From IMG/VR virus record IMGVR_UViG_3300025289_000025, positions 1 through 64,000 of that record: DNA of 64,000 nt, one strand, 5' to 3'. The notes beneath the pieces are model-generated. The model saw only the letters and a program-made list of their open reading frames with translations, ran no database searches and had not been told where the DNA came from. Origin of the DNA: a virus. The translations under genes were made by a program, and so were the position numbers. How positions within the stretch are numbered: the first letter of the stretch is position 1; every line of letters begins with the position of its first letter. This document shows positions 48,189 through 57,403 of the stretch, in pieces.

Positions 48189-48584
48189 ATGGCAAGATAT
48201 GTTCGAAATGTTAAGGCAATTTTTAATCTTAAATTGCATTTGATATGGTGCACCAAATACCGCCGCCCTGTGCTTGTAGAGGATATTGAAAAGAGGCTTA
48301 GGATATTGCTTTATACCAAGACAAAAGAATTGGAAATGGTAATTTACTCTTTGGATATAAATCCAGATTATGTCCATATATTTATAGAATTTGACCCTCG
48401 TCAAGGGATTGCTGAAATTGTAAATCGACTGAAGGGTTTCACTAGTCGAATATTGCGTCGGGAGTTTTCTTCGTTGCGTTCTCGATTGCCTACTCTTTGG
48501 AGTCGTAGTTATTATGCTGGAACTGTAGGGCAAGTTTTGGGAGTAACAATACGAATGTATATAGACTCGCAAAAGGGAAAGTAG
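48189..48584 (+). CDS. tnpA: IS200-family Y1 transposase TnpA (HUH motif altered to YVH)
   Basis: HLIWCTKYRR, PDYVHI, LKG.TSR, LWSRSYY, YIDSQK. Confidence 0.9.
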   Translation: MARYVRNVKAIFNLKLHLIWCTKYRRPVLVEDIEKRLRILLYTKTKELEMVIYSLDINPDYVHIFIEFDPRQGIAEIVNRLKGFTSRILRREFSSLRSRLPTLWSRSYYAGTVGQVLGVTIRMYIDSQKGK

Positions 48585-49712
48585 ATGTTCAAAGCTTTCA
48601 AATATCGACTTGAACCAAATGTGAATCAAACTAGGGAACTTGAAACATCCCTTGAAACCCACAGAAGACTTTACAATGCCTGTTTGAGGTGGCGAAAGGA
48701 ATCTTATGAAACAAATAAACATGGCGTTAATTATGTGGAACAATCGGCCCAATTTACCCTTGATCGAAAGATAAACCCATACTATGCTAGAATCAATTTT
48801 TCCTCTGCTCAAGCAACAATGCGCAATTTGGATAAGGCTTTCAAAGCGTTCTTTCGCCGTGTTAAATCTGGCGGAAAGCCGGGCTACCCGAGATTCAAAG
48901 CAAGAAATCAATTTCATTCGATAACGTTTCCATCTGGTGGCGGAGATGGTGCCCGGATAATAGGTAATAAACTGAGGCTTCAACATATTGGACTGGTACG
49001 AATCAATTTGCATCGCCTCATTGAAGGTACAGTTAAAACTATTAATATTAAAAGAGAATTGGATAAATGGTATGTGACGGCGGTTTGCAAATTCCCCCTG
49101 GTGCCTCAAATAATTACATGTAAGCCTATTATTGGTATTGACGTTGGGTTGGAAAGTTTCTTGACTACTAGTGATGGAGAGCATATCTATCCTCTTCAAC
49201 CGATGAAGCCAAATCTTGGCAAACTTCGAATCTCCCAACGCAGTTTGAGTAGAAAGAAAAAAGGATCGAATAGTAGAGAAAAACAACGAAGGATTGTTTC
49301 CAAATTGTACTTGAAAATATCGAATGTACGAAAGGATGCTCATCATAAAATTGCGGTGAATTTGATCAATCGCTACGGAGCTTTTGTGGTGGAGAGCTTG
49401 AACGTCCAAGGGATGGTCAAGAACCACCGATTGGCACGAGCGGTGTTGGATGCTGGCTGGGCTAGCTTCCTTATGATATTGAAGAACAAGGCTGAAAGCG
49501 CCGGTCTTCGATACGAAGAGGTGAGTGCGCGTTATACTTCGCAGATATGTCCTGAGTGCGGCAAGGTTAAAAAGAAAACCTTGAGTGAGCGGAGGCATGA
49601 TTGTGATTGTGGGTATAGTGCGCACAGAGATCATGCGGCGGCGCGAGTAATTCTCGCCCGTGGTATACAGGCTGGGACGCAGCCTGAAGGACTTAATGTT
49701 AGTGTTAGCTAA
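48585..49712 (+). CDS. tnpB: TnpB RNA-guided endonuclease
   Basis: AFKYRL.P, GYPRFK, GIDVG, VESL, TSQICPECG, CDCG, RDHAAA. Confidence 0.95.
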   Translation: MFKAFKYRLEPNVNQTRELETSLETHRRLYNACLRWRKESYETNKHGVNYVEQSAQFTLDRKINPYYARINFSSAQATMRNLDKAFKAFFRRVKSGGKPGYPRFKARNQFHSITFPSGGGDGARIIGNKLRLQHIGLVRINLHRLIEGTVKTINIKRELDKWYVTAVCKFPLVPQIITCKPIIGIDVGLESFLTTSDGEHIYPLQPMKPNLGKLRISQRSLSRKKKGSNSREKQRRIVSKLYLKISNVRKDAHHKIAVNLINRYGAFVVESLNVQGMVKNHRLARAVLDAGWASFLMILKNKAESAGLRYEEVSARYTSQICPECGKVKKKTLSERRHDCDCGYSAHRDHAAARVILARGIQAGTQPEGLNVSVS

Positions 49713-49731
49713 CATGTTCTTAGAAGCCGCC

Positions 49732-49950
49732 TCATTTATGTGGCGGAGCGTCACTTTTGCCCTCCGGTCCCTTTTGGGGGTTATCCTTGAACACGTCAAG
49801 GAGTTTTTTGGTGTGACTAATTTTAGTGTCCCACCAACTGTTCATACACGCTGTGGCTATTACCCTAACCACCATATATATAGCCATTAGTGATAAGGGT
49901 ATTCCAACTACAGCTATTAATATTTGTTCCCACAGTTTTAAATCATTCAT
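49732..49950 (-). CDS. Small membrane protein whose last codons come from the IS right end
   Basis: Hydrophobic N-half; stop codon lies inside the IS. Confidence 0.55.
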   Translation of the reverse strand: MNDLKLWEQILIAVVGIPLSLMAIYMVVRVIATACMNSWWDTKISHTKKLLDVFKDNPQKGPEGKSDAPPHK

Positions 49951-50447
49951 TCGGTCCTCTTTCTGGCCTTGAGGAGAGATCGTTGGTGGGCGGTGGCGTC
50001 ATCTGCTAATTTTCCTACCTCTGTGGTATCCAACCGAACTTGAGAAAAGTAACCAGAGATGTACAGAGCCACCAATCTCTCCAACATGGACCGGCGTTGA
50101 TCTAGTGCTTCTTTTGCGGCGGAATAAATATTCACCGCATATTGTGCATCTGATATTTCTTTCTCGGCTTTATTCACCTCCTCGTTGGATTCTAAAGCTG
50201 CATTTATGGAACCCTCCGTTACTTTATCTATTTTATACTCCGCAGGGCGAGCACGTACATCCATATTTATATTAGATTTAATTACCATTGCCCTCCTTTT
50301 TGCTTCGTCTCTGACTCGGATGGCTTCTGAGTATTCTATTGACCACTTTAGGAAACGTCTTGGCTGGTCGAGGCATGCAATATCGAGGTTGTCTTTATCA
50401 ATTTCTAAGTCTTTTTCAATTTCTGAAATTTCTAATTCGTCGCTCAT
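49947..50447 (-). CDS. UvsY-like helical recombination mediator (putative)
   Basis: DLEID..NLD...QP, K.TE..I, ALDQRRSMLERLV pattern; near ssb. Confidence 0.6.
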   Translation of the reverse strand: MSDELEISEIEKDLEIDKDNLDIACLDQPRRFLKWSIEYSEAIRVRDEAKRRAMVIKSNINMDVRARPAEYKIDKVTEGSINAALESNEEVNKAEKEISDAQYAVNIYSAAKEALDQRRSMLERLVALYISGYFSQVRLDTTEVGKLADDATAHQRSLLKARKRTE

Positions 50448-50450
50448 TTC

Positions 50451-50642
50451 TTATTTCCCCCCTAACATTTTATCGAACACATTTTTATAAATTTCTTTAA
50501 TTCCCTCCGCTGCTAGAGTATTTTGTAGTAAAGAAGCAGCGGATTGGAGCACCGCTATCTTTTCTGCTATATCAAAACCATTTAGCTCTTTGATGCCTGT
50601 AAGCACTTTCGCAACTCCTTCATTTATTTTATTAACGTCCAT
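50451..50642 (-). CDS. Hypothetical protein
   Basis: SD and operon fit. Confidence 0.55.
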   Translation of the reverse strand: MDVNKINEGVAKVLTGIKELNGFDIAEKIAVLQSAASLLQNTLAAEGIKEIYKNVFDKMLGGK

Positions 50643-50651
50643 ATTTTCCCC

Positions 50652-51581
50652 TTATATTAGAGTAGACATGTAACAACTTGCAATTAATCCGGCTTTTCCA
50701 GAATCATAAAAATTGTTTGAGAATTCAGCCATCAATCTAACTACTCTCTCTCCATTCTTATGGTCCCCATTTAAAAGTACGGAGGCAAGATACCCAAGAA
50801 CCGCTCTGCGAACTGATTCAGCTTCCTGATCCACTCCCTTCAACATTATGGATAATTCTTTCCAACGATTTTCGCCCTTCTCTTTAGCCATAATTTTGCG
50901 GCACAAGTCAATAATGACAGTCTCACTAGGTAAATTTTCATTGATAGCTTCAAGTTGTTTCTCTTCCTCTTGGATATCAATGATTTGATCCAAAATGACC
51001 AATGCTTTTCTAGCACACCCTTCTGCGGAGAATAGAATGTCACTTTTCACCTTTTCCGATAATTGAACGTTCTCTGAGGTTAAAATCCAATTTATCAAGG
51101 AAATCATATCGTGTTTTCGTAGAGTTGAAACGTTATATGTGGTGGATCTAGTTTTAATTGTTTTCAACAATTTCTCTGGTTCTGTAGTACAAAGAATGAA
51201 ATAGACTCCCTTTGGGGGTTCTTCTAGAATTTCTAACATTGCATTCTGAAAATCGGCGGTAGATTTGTGACATTCGTTCAGAATGATTACTCTTATGTCC
51301 CCATACAATGGCTCAAACTGGCAACTAGCTATAATTTCTCTAGCAGTATCAATCCCCCGCATATCAGATATATTATATTGAGCTAAATCCATTTCAGAAC
51401 ATTTCAACATGTTAGCGATTATTCTTGCGAGGGTTGTTTTTCCGCATCCACTTGGACCAGATAGTAAAATGGTATGTGGTTTATCTTCTCTTGATAAAAT
51501 TGATTTTAGGCTTTCCTTAATATTTTCATTTCCAAAAAACTCCTCTAGATTTTTTGGGCGATACGACAATTGCAAAGGCAT
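50652..51581 (-). CDS. Clamp loader AAA+ subunit (DnaX/RFC-like)
   Basis: YRPKNLEEFFG, GPSGCGKTTLAR, NECH, QNAMLEILEEPP, TIKTR. Confidence 0.9.
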   Translation of the reverse strand: MPLQLSYRPKNLEEFFGNENIKESLKSILSREDKPHTILLSGPSGCGKTTLARIIANMLKCSEMDLAQYNISDMRGIDTAREIIASCQFEPLYGDIRVIILNECHKSTADFQNAMLEILEEPPKGVYFILCTTEPEKLLKTIKTRSTTYNVSTLRKHDMISLINWILTSENVQLSEKVKSDILFSAEGCARKALVILDQIIDIQEEEKQLEAINENLPSETVIIDLCRKIMAKEKGENRWKELSIMLKGVDQEAESVRRAVLGYLASVLLNGDHKNGERVVRLMAEFSNNFYDSGKAGLIASCYMSTLI

Positions 51582-51596
51582 AGGTTCTCTCCTTAC

Positions 51597-51626
51597 CTTA
51601 TACTACAGGATTTCCTACATTTTCAA
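51597..51626 (-). promoter_or_regulatory. Possible sigma70 promoter upstream of the clamp loader
   Basis: TTGAAA-N18-TATAAG. Confidence 0.35.
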
Positions 51627-51638
51627 CTTTTAACTCCC

Positions 51639-54600
51639 TCATACTAAAAAATCCCAGGATTGGTTAATTTTTCCTATTTTTATATCAGATATTAATGGGA
51701 CAATGATCCAAGGATTGTTCGCTAAAACATCTTTAGTCATCACTTTTTTAGTGGTTTCTATTACATGATCTATTTCGTTTGGGTTAGTATCTATAATTAT
51801 AGAATCATGGATTTGTCCTATTAATTTAGATTTCCATTTTTCTTCTTTTGATATTTCATTTATTTTAATTATTGATTCTAAAAGTACGTGGAATGCTGTG
51901 CCTTGAATTACGGAATTTATAATTTCATTTTTGGTTAAAAATCCCCTTCGTCGGAAGCCATGCATCATTTCAACATATCCGTTTTGTTGGTATGATTTTA
52001 TTAGTCCATCTTGAAATTTTTTAATCCCACGATATTTTAGCCAAAATTCTCGCTCTGCTTTTTGAACTCTCATTATAGGTAGATCATGGTATCCTCTGCT
52101 AATTAAATCTGCATGAATATTTTTATAATAACTGCCGTAAAAGAGGGCAAAAACCATGGCGTTCTTGGCATCGAATCTCATTATTTTTGCATCGAATCCC
52201 TTTAGTTGTAAAAAATCTGCCCACTCTTGATGAATATCCGCTCCATCTATACGTTCTTTCATTAATACAGGGTCTTTGGAATAGCAAGCTAAAATGCCGA
52301 CTTCATGCCCCCCATAATCAGCCTCAGCTAATAGGTTTCCTGGAGAGGGAATTATTCCATTTCTTACCATAGTCATAGATTCTTTATCTCTTTTGGGAAT
52401 GTTTTGCATATTGGGGGAGTCCATAGAACTTCTGCCTGTTCTTACTAAATGTAAATTAGAATTAGGATGTAATTTTTTATTGACTTGTAAACCTAAAATT
52501 CCATCAATATAAGTAGTCTTCAATTTATCCAATTTTCTTTTTTTAACCAAATCTTTTGCGAAGGGTATATCCAAACTTTCCACAACGTCTTTATCTACGG
52601 AGTCCCCACCACCCTCCGTTTTTTTGATGGATTTTACTCCTAAGAATTCAAACAAAAGTTTTTTCATATCATCAGAAGAAGTTAATTTTATTTCTCTTCC
52701 TGTTTTAGATTTAAATAATTTTGCTTCTGGAGAGCGAAGTAATTGTTTTTCTAGGAAATCTAGTCTTTTTTCTAATTTTATTTGGGTATCTTGATAATAT
52801 TCTACGTTTACTGAGATCCCTTCCATTTCCATATCAGAAAAAGCAAGAACTCCTTTATGAAATAAATCGTAGGCTTTAGAAGCGGCGAGGGATTCCTTAT
52901 TCCCCTTATCCATGAAATCCCATTGCCGTTCCGCCAATCTCATCGTGAAATAAGCATCTAATCCGTTATATTTCAATAGCTCATTTAATGGGCACTTCTG
53001 CATAGTATTAAATTTAGTTCCCGGAAGGGCCTTTTTGAATTTAGAAATATCCCCTCCGTATTCATACCCCCAATTTATAAACGTTTGAAAATCTAGCCCT
53101 GTAAATCCTGCTCGTTCATCTACGATATGAGAACAAACCATTGTATCCCAATACCATCCTTTTGGCTCTTCTCCAATTATGATTTTACTCCACGGATGCT
53201 CCATCTGAATATTCTGGGCTACTTTTAATATTTCTGGGTCGGAGAGTACCCCTCGCCATGCCTTATTCAACGCTTCTAACTGTCCTGATTGCCACGCTCC
53301 GGGGTAGGAGTAGGGCCAGGCATAGGCTATGTCCTCCCCGTAGATAGCGACAGCCGTAGACACAATAGAGTGGCCGGGATAGTAGGGACGGAGGCCAGTA
53401 GTTTCATAATCAAATGCTATCGTTGGTTTTTGTTCTTTAATCGTTTTGAGAATATCTAAAATTTCATCTGTATTGGTTAGACATTTTATCTTTTGGGAAT
53501 AATCAATTTCTTCTATTTCTGGTAAATTTGAAGTTATTTGTTCCATTGCCCATTGGAGGTCTAATTTGAAAATGTTCTCTGCGTCAGGATTTCTGATAAC
53601 GAAAGAGGGATGGTATAGTGGGATAACCCAAGCCTTCGTTTGAACATCAGGAATGCAAAGTTTTCTCCATCTCCCAATAGATAAATTTGTTGAAATAGGT
53701 TGAGTCCTATTCATGAAAAACGCCTCTACTGCTTTTGCGCCAAAAAGTAGTATATACTTCGGTTGAAATTGTTGTATCGCTGCTCGCCAGTTAGGTTCGC
53801 AAGCTTTGATTTCCCGTGTAGTCGGAGTTCGGTTGCTCCCCTTCTCGTTGGTTGGCCGGCAATTATGATGAATTACTCTATTTGCTATAAAACTATTGTC
53901 CTCTTCTACTTCTATGCAAGTTAAAGACATTCTTTTTCCTATAGGAATTTTTTCTATAGAAACTATTTCTACTTCGGTGAATTGATATTCTTGATTATGA
54001 TTCTTTATTAATCTTTCTATTGGGGAAATAGGATTTTTAGAGGAAACTCGGAGTAATTCATAATTATAATTTTTAGCTAGTATGTTTTTTTTCGTTTGAT
54101 CATTTTTAACTGATTTTTGTCCGTTCCTATCCGGATTATCTACTTCCACTAGCAAATTATACTTTGGCAAAAAGAAATCATAATTTAATGTTTCAATGGC
54201 AAATTGAGAAATGAATTGTATTTTTTTATCGGATAAATAATTTGCTAAAGACCCCTCTCCAAATCCTATTGTGATAGGAGATATACTAGATAATTTATTT
54301 TCAGATTCTTTAATTTTGGCCCATTTTATTCTGCCTTTTAGCTTAGCTTCCTTAGTTACTTTCCCCCCCGTCATCTTCCCCCAAACGCCCAGTTTAGCCG
54401 ATCTTCTTACTTTTTCATGGGCTTTCTCCCTAAGTTTTTCTCCATATTTATCCTCTAAGTATTTACTTTCGCAGATTAAAGAACAAATATTTTCCCCATA
54501 AGAATTAGTTTTAAAAAAAATACCCCCACAAATTATACATTTTTCTCCTATGGCTATTATTCTATCTCCTTTATTTAATTGACGTGCATAAACCCAATTT

Positions 54601-55163
54601 TCTTTATTGTCTATTTTAGATAAAAATCTATGTGAAGAGGTAACAACAAATTCTTTCAAACTTCTATTTTTATAAGGAGAATTGATCCTCCCCACTTTAA
54701 TTTTGTAAACTTCTTCAGTAATTCTTTTAAGGTGCTTGGGAAGATCTTGAATTCTAGATATTACCTTTCTAAATCTTCCTTTATGGGTTAATACTAAATC
54801 CCCCACCTTAACTTTAGATACAGGTTTATACCCATCTATAGTAAATATAGGAACTTGATGATAAACAAAACACGCTACGGCATTAGTTTTTCTGAAATCT
54901 CTATCTAGATCGTACCCCATAATCCTAAAGCATTTTCTAAGAAAATGGCCAGTTTCTCCTATAAATTGATTGTTCAGTTGATCTTCTCGCTCACCACTAG
55001 CTTCCCCCAATATGAAGGTTTTAAGTTTTCCTTCACCAGTGGGGGGAATATTTGGGGATAGGGTACGATTTTTCAGCCCACATGCGTCACAACCTACGGC
55101 CCCTCGGGGGGTTTTTGGTTGGGCTGCTTTAGCAGGAGTTGGTATATCAAAGAACCCTCGCAT
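51639..55163 (-). CDS. polA: Family A DNA polymerase with N-terminal family-4 uracil-DNA glycosylase domain, intein-containing
   Basis: UDG: CDAC.L, GEA.G..ED, F.G..G, HPS; 3'-5' exo: FDYETTG, YNGLD; pol: TGR.S...PNMQNIP, ADY...E, K...F...YG, IQGTA, IHDS. Confidence 0.93.
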   Translation of the reverse strand: MRGFFDIPTPAKAAQPKTPRGAVGCDACGLKNRTLSPNIPPTGEGKLKTFILGEASGEREDQLNNQFIGETGHFLRKCFRIMGYDLDRDFRKTNAVACFVYHQVPIFTIDGYKPVSKVKVGDLVLTHKGRFRKVISRIQDLPKHLKRITEEVYKIKVGRINSPYKNRSLKEFVVTSSHRFLSKIDNKENWVYARQLNKGDRIIAIGEKCIICGGIFFKTNSYGENICSLICESKYLEDKYGEKLREKAHEKVRRSAKLGVWGKMTGGKVTKEAKLKGRIKWAKIKESENKLSSISPITIGFGEGSLANYLSDKKIQFISQFAIETLNYDFFLPKYNLLVEVDNPDRNGQKSVKNDQTKKNILAKNYNYELLRVSSKNPISPIERLIKNHNQEYQFTEVEIVSIEKIPIGKRMSLTCIEVEEDNSFIANRVIHHNCRPTNEKGSNRTPTTREIKACEPNWRAAIQQFQPKYILLFGAKAVEAFFMNRTQPISTNLSIGRWRKLCIPDVQTKAWVIPLYHPSFVIRNPDAENIFKLDLQWAMEQITSNLPEIEEIDYSQKIKCLTNTDEILDILKTIKEQKPTIAFDYETTGLRPYYPGHSIVSTAVAIYGEDIAYAWPYSYPGAWQSGQLEALNKAWRGVLSDPEILKVAQNIQMEHPWSKIIIGEEPKGWYWDTMVCSHIVDERAGFTGLDFQTFINWGYEYGGDISKFKKALPGTKFNTMQKCPLNELLKYNGLDAYFTMRLAERQWDFMDKGNKESLAASKAYDLFHKGVLAFSDMEMEGISVNVEYYQDTQIKLEKRLDFLEKQLLRSPEAKLFKSKTGREIKLTSSDDMKKLLFEFLGVKSIKKTEGGGDSVDKDVVESLDIPFAKDLVKKRKLDKLKTTYIDGILGLQVNKKLHPNSNLHLVRTGRSSMDSPNMQNIPKRDKESMTMVRNGIIPSPGNLLAEADYGGHEVGILACYSKDPVLMKERIDGADIHQEWADFLQLKGFDAKIMRFDAKNAMVFALFYGSYYKNIHADLISRGYHDLPIMRVQKAEREFWLKYRGIKKFQDGLIKSYQQNGYVEMMHGFRRRGFLTKNEIINSVIQGTAFHVLLESIIKINEISKEEKWKSKLIGQIHDSIIIDTNPNEIDHVIETTKKVMTKDVLANNPWIIVPLISDIKIGKINQSWDFLV
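53862..54872 (-). mobile_element. Intein (337 aa) with PD-(D/E)xK / Vsr-like endonuclease in the UDG domain
   Basis: TNAVA|CFVYHQVPIFTIDG ... VTSSHRF ... SFIANRVIHHN|CRP; internal YDFFLPKYNLLVEVD. Confidence 0.9.
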
Positions 55164-55369
55164 TTATATTTTTTCCAACCCCACTTCCACATGTCCCACT
55201 ACGAATCGGGGTTTGGTATCTCCTAGACTAGTCACATCTATCATGGCTATAGTTATATTCTCAACTCTTACTTCAGTTTGGTCTATAAATAATCCTACCA
55301 TTTGTGATATTATTCTTTGCATATTATTTTCCATCTTTTTTTTTCAATCCTAATTTGATTAATGTCCAT
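55164..55369 (-). pseudogene. Small gene apparently frameshifted in an A9 run
   Basis: MDINQIRIEKK then frame change to MENNMQRIISQMVGLFIDQTEVRV... Confidence 0.4.
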
Positions 55370-55370
55370 A

Positions 55371-55598
55371 TTAATGCTCCCTCCAGCACATAGGATCGAA
55401 GCCCTTTTTCTTGGCAATTTCATCAGCTATCCATTCGAATTGAGGAAACTTTTCAATAAAGAATCTTGTCATTTCCCCAGTACAAAAAGCACAATCCCCT
55501 CCGTCAGCCAACCAAAATAAATTTAATATGAATCTAGCAGTCTCTTCATCCATTAATCTTTCCCTTCCCAAGGATCTTGGGGGTGCGCCCCGTGGCAT
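55371..55598 (-). CDS. Hypothetical protein
   Basis: ADGGDCAFC; likely start MDEETAR. Confidence 0.5.
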   Translation of the reverse strand: MPRGAPPRSLGRERLMDEETARFILNLFWLADGGDCAFCTGEMTRFFIEKFPQFEWIADEIAKKKGFDPMCWREH

Positions 55599-55786
55599 TT
55601 TACCATTATGGTAGGTGGTTTCTCCCTTTTCCCTGCAGAATATTCTGGATCTTTGAAATCCAACACTGGAATTTTACCCGCATAATAACTTTTGCAGCGA
55701 GGACAAACTGATTTTGACTCATCAGAAGGAGTAAGAATAATACTTGTCTTAATCTTTTTGTCTTTCTTTTTCATTTTTATTTGCAA
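55553..55786 (-). CDS. Hypothetical protein
   Basis: CPRC; operon fit. Confidence 0.45.
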   Translation of the reverse strand: MQIKMKKKDKKIKTSIILTPSDESKSVCPRCKSYYAGKIPVLDFKDPEYSAGKREKPPTIMVKCHGAHPQDPWEGKD

Positions 55787-56025
55787 CTTTTTGGTTGAGG
55801 ACTACCATGAGCATAATCACTCTTATCATACACTTGAATCACCGATGTGGGGGCCTTAGCAGGTAAGATATTTCCCATTGACCATTTAAGTGGATAGGCT
55901 ACTACAAATTCAAGTCCATCTATACACACTGTTTTTACTATTATTCCAGGAGAAAATTGAACTTCAGAAAGAATAATAATTCCTATAAAAATTGCCCCAA
56001 CTAATTTACTAAAATAATTTCTCAT
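55777..56025 (-). CDS. Small secreted or membrane hypothetical protein
   Basis: N-terminal hydrophobic helix; VCIDG.EF...Q...P..C. Confidence 0.55.
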   Translation of the reverse strand: MRNYFSKLVGAIFIGIIILSEVQFSPGIIVKTVCIDGLEFVVAYPLKWSMGNILPAKAPTSVIQVYDKSDYAHGSPQPKSCK

Positions 56026-56033
56026 ACAATCTC

Positions 56034-57098
56034 CTATTTTCCTACTGATGCAACCATAATATGACTAAATTTCTCCGAAGAGAACAACAATGATTTCTTA
56101 ACTCCGCTCATACGGAATTGACGGGTGATTCCTAAAATTTTTTTGAAAAAGTCAGGTTGTACTTTAAGTTCAATTCCTTCTTCAAAATGACCTTTTTTCC
56201 AATCAACTCCGTCAACAATTTCCCCTGCTTCTTTCCCCGCCCGAATTTCTAAAACTCCCTTGGAATAGGAAAGAGAAACTTTTGATAAAGCATCCCATCC
56301 ATCTCCACTAGCACCAGCCAGGATTTTAGCCCTTTCCAACGGAGCCTCCAATCCCTTGGGAAACTCAAGAGGATCAGCAGTCATATCAAATTTCATAACT
56401 TCGAACAGTCCCACAATCTTCTTGGAAGGGTAATCCCCTGCTAGTACCCTTGAACTATAGATAGCTCCCCTTTCGTTAGAGAAATGAGCCCATGCCTTTG
56501 ATAAAGCAATAATTTCAAAGTTCTCTTCTAATTTCATAAGCCCTTCCACCGTTTTGGTTGGGAGGGTAAATGCGCTAGTGACTGCTTCCAACATGGTATA
56601 GATGGACACCCGGTAATTGTCTGTAGAAACTGCTTTATTTTCGAAGAAATGAACCCCTGCCAAAGGTCCCAAAGCTGGCCCCGTCCCTGCGCTGAATGAA
56701 CAAAGTTCCATTCCCACTTGGAAGTCTTTGGGGAGATAGAACCATTCCAATCCATCTGTTTGAACAGCCCAAGCCCTCTCTAGAGAACTGGTAATCTGTT
56801 CTTTTTGAAGAGGGTTCATTTTGAGAGTAGTCTTCCCCCCCTTAACTTGAAATTTACCGTCGTCATTCATCTTGATATCAATTTCTTCGGCTTCCATTTT
56901 GGATAAAACCTTGTACAATTCTTCTGCTCTAACAGCTGTTCTGATTCCCGTTTCAAGGGGGAAGGAGCAACTGATATCCTCCTTGTACGACCGGACCCAG
57001 TTTTCATCGAATAGAATAAAATCTGATCCGATGGCACTGGATTTGTCAATCCCCATCATTACAGATTTGATAGCATTTAACAGATCAACTTTTTTCAT
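56034..57098 (-). CDS. DNA sliding clamp (beta-clamp-like)
   Basis: 354 aa; LLNAIK.V, L.GVHF, STDNYR, SRVLAGDYP; near polymerase and clamp loader. Confidence 0.8.
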   Translation of the reverse strand: MKKVDLLNAIKSVMMGIDKSSAIGSDFILFDENWVRSYKEDISCSFPLETGIRTAVRAEELYKVLSKMEAEEIDIKMNDDGKFQVKGGKTTLKMNPLQKEQITSSLERAWAVQTDGLEWFYLPKDFQVGMELCSFSAGTGPALGPLAGVHFFENKAVSTDNYRVSIYTMLEAVTSAFTLPTKTVEGLMKLEENFEIIALSKAWAHFSNERGAIYSSRVLAGDYPSKKIVGLFEVMKFDMTADPLEFPKGLEAPLERAKILAGASGDGWDALSKVSLSYSKGVLEIRAGKEAGEIVDGVDWKKGHFEEGIELKVQPDFFKKILGITRQFRMSGVKKSLLFSSEKFSHIMVASVGK

Positions 57099-57403
57099 TT
57101 TTCCCTCCCCATAAAAGTTTTATTCCAGGCATCTTTTAACTTTTTAACATTTAATATCATAGGAGTAGCAAATGGTGTTTTTGTTCCTTCTAAATATATA
57201 GGTGGTTGAGTTACCCCTGAATAAACTCGGATCCAAATTTTTCCGAAAAATAAAATAGATAATCTTTCTTTCCAATCTGCTTTCCAACAAGATATACAAA
57301 TTTGTCCGTCATTCCAAATGGGAAGTGGGGAACATTCTTTATCTGTCATTTCTGCTGGTTTTTGTAAATCTTTTGTTTTCTCAGAAAAATCTATAGGTTT
57401 CAT
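57095..57403 (-). CDS. Hypothetical phage protein
   Basis: MKPIDF.E....L.KP....EC.PLP....ISCW...W.ERL..LF.GKIW; start at ATG 57403. Confidence 0.6.
   Translation of the reverse strand: MKPIDFSEKTKDLQKPAEMTDKECSPLPIWNDGQICISCWKADWKERLSILFFGKIWIRVYSGVTQPPIYLEGTKTPFATPMILNVKKLKDAWNKTFMGREK

Larger units (their letters stand above)
48097..49754 (+). mobile_element. IS605-type element (tnpA + tnpB); left end approximate
   Basis: Left hairpin CTGCTGCC-TTTA-GGTGGCAG after a TTTAT motif; right hairpin GCCGCC..GGCGG ending in TCAC at 49754. Confidence 0.85.

Noticed and set aside
48117-49799. 560-aa - strand ORF
   Set aside because: Antisense shadow of tnpA-tnpB, confined almost entirely to the IS and without protein-like motifs
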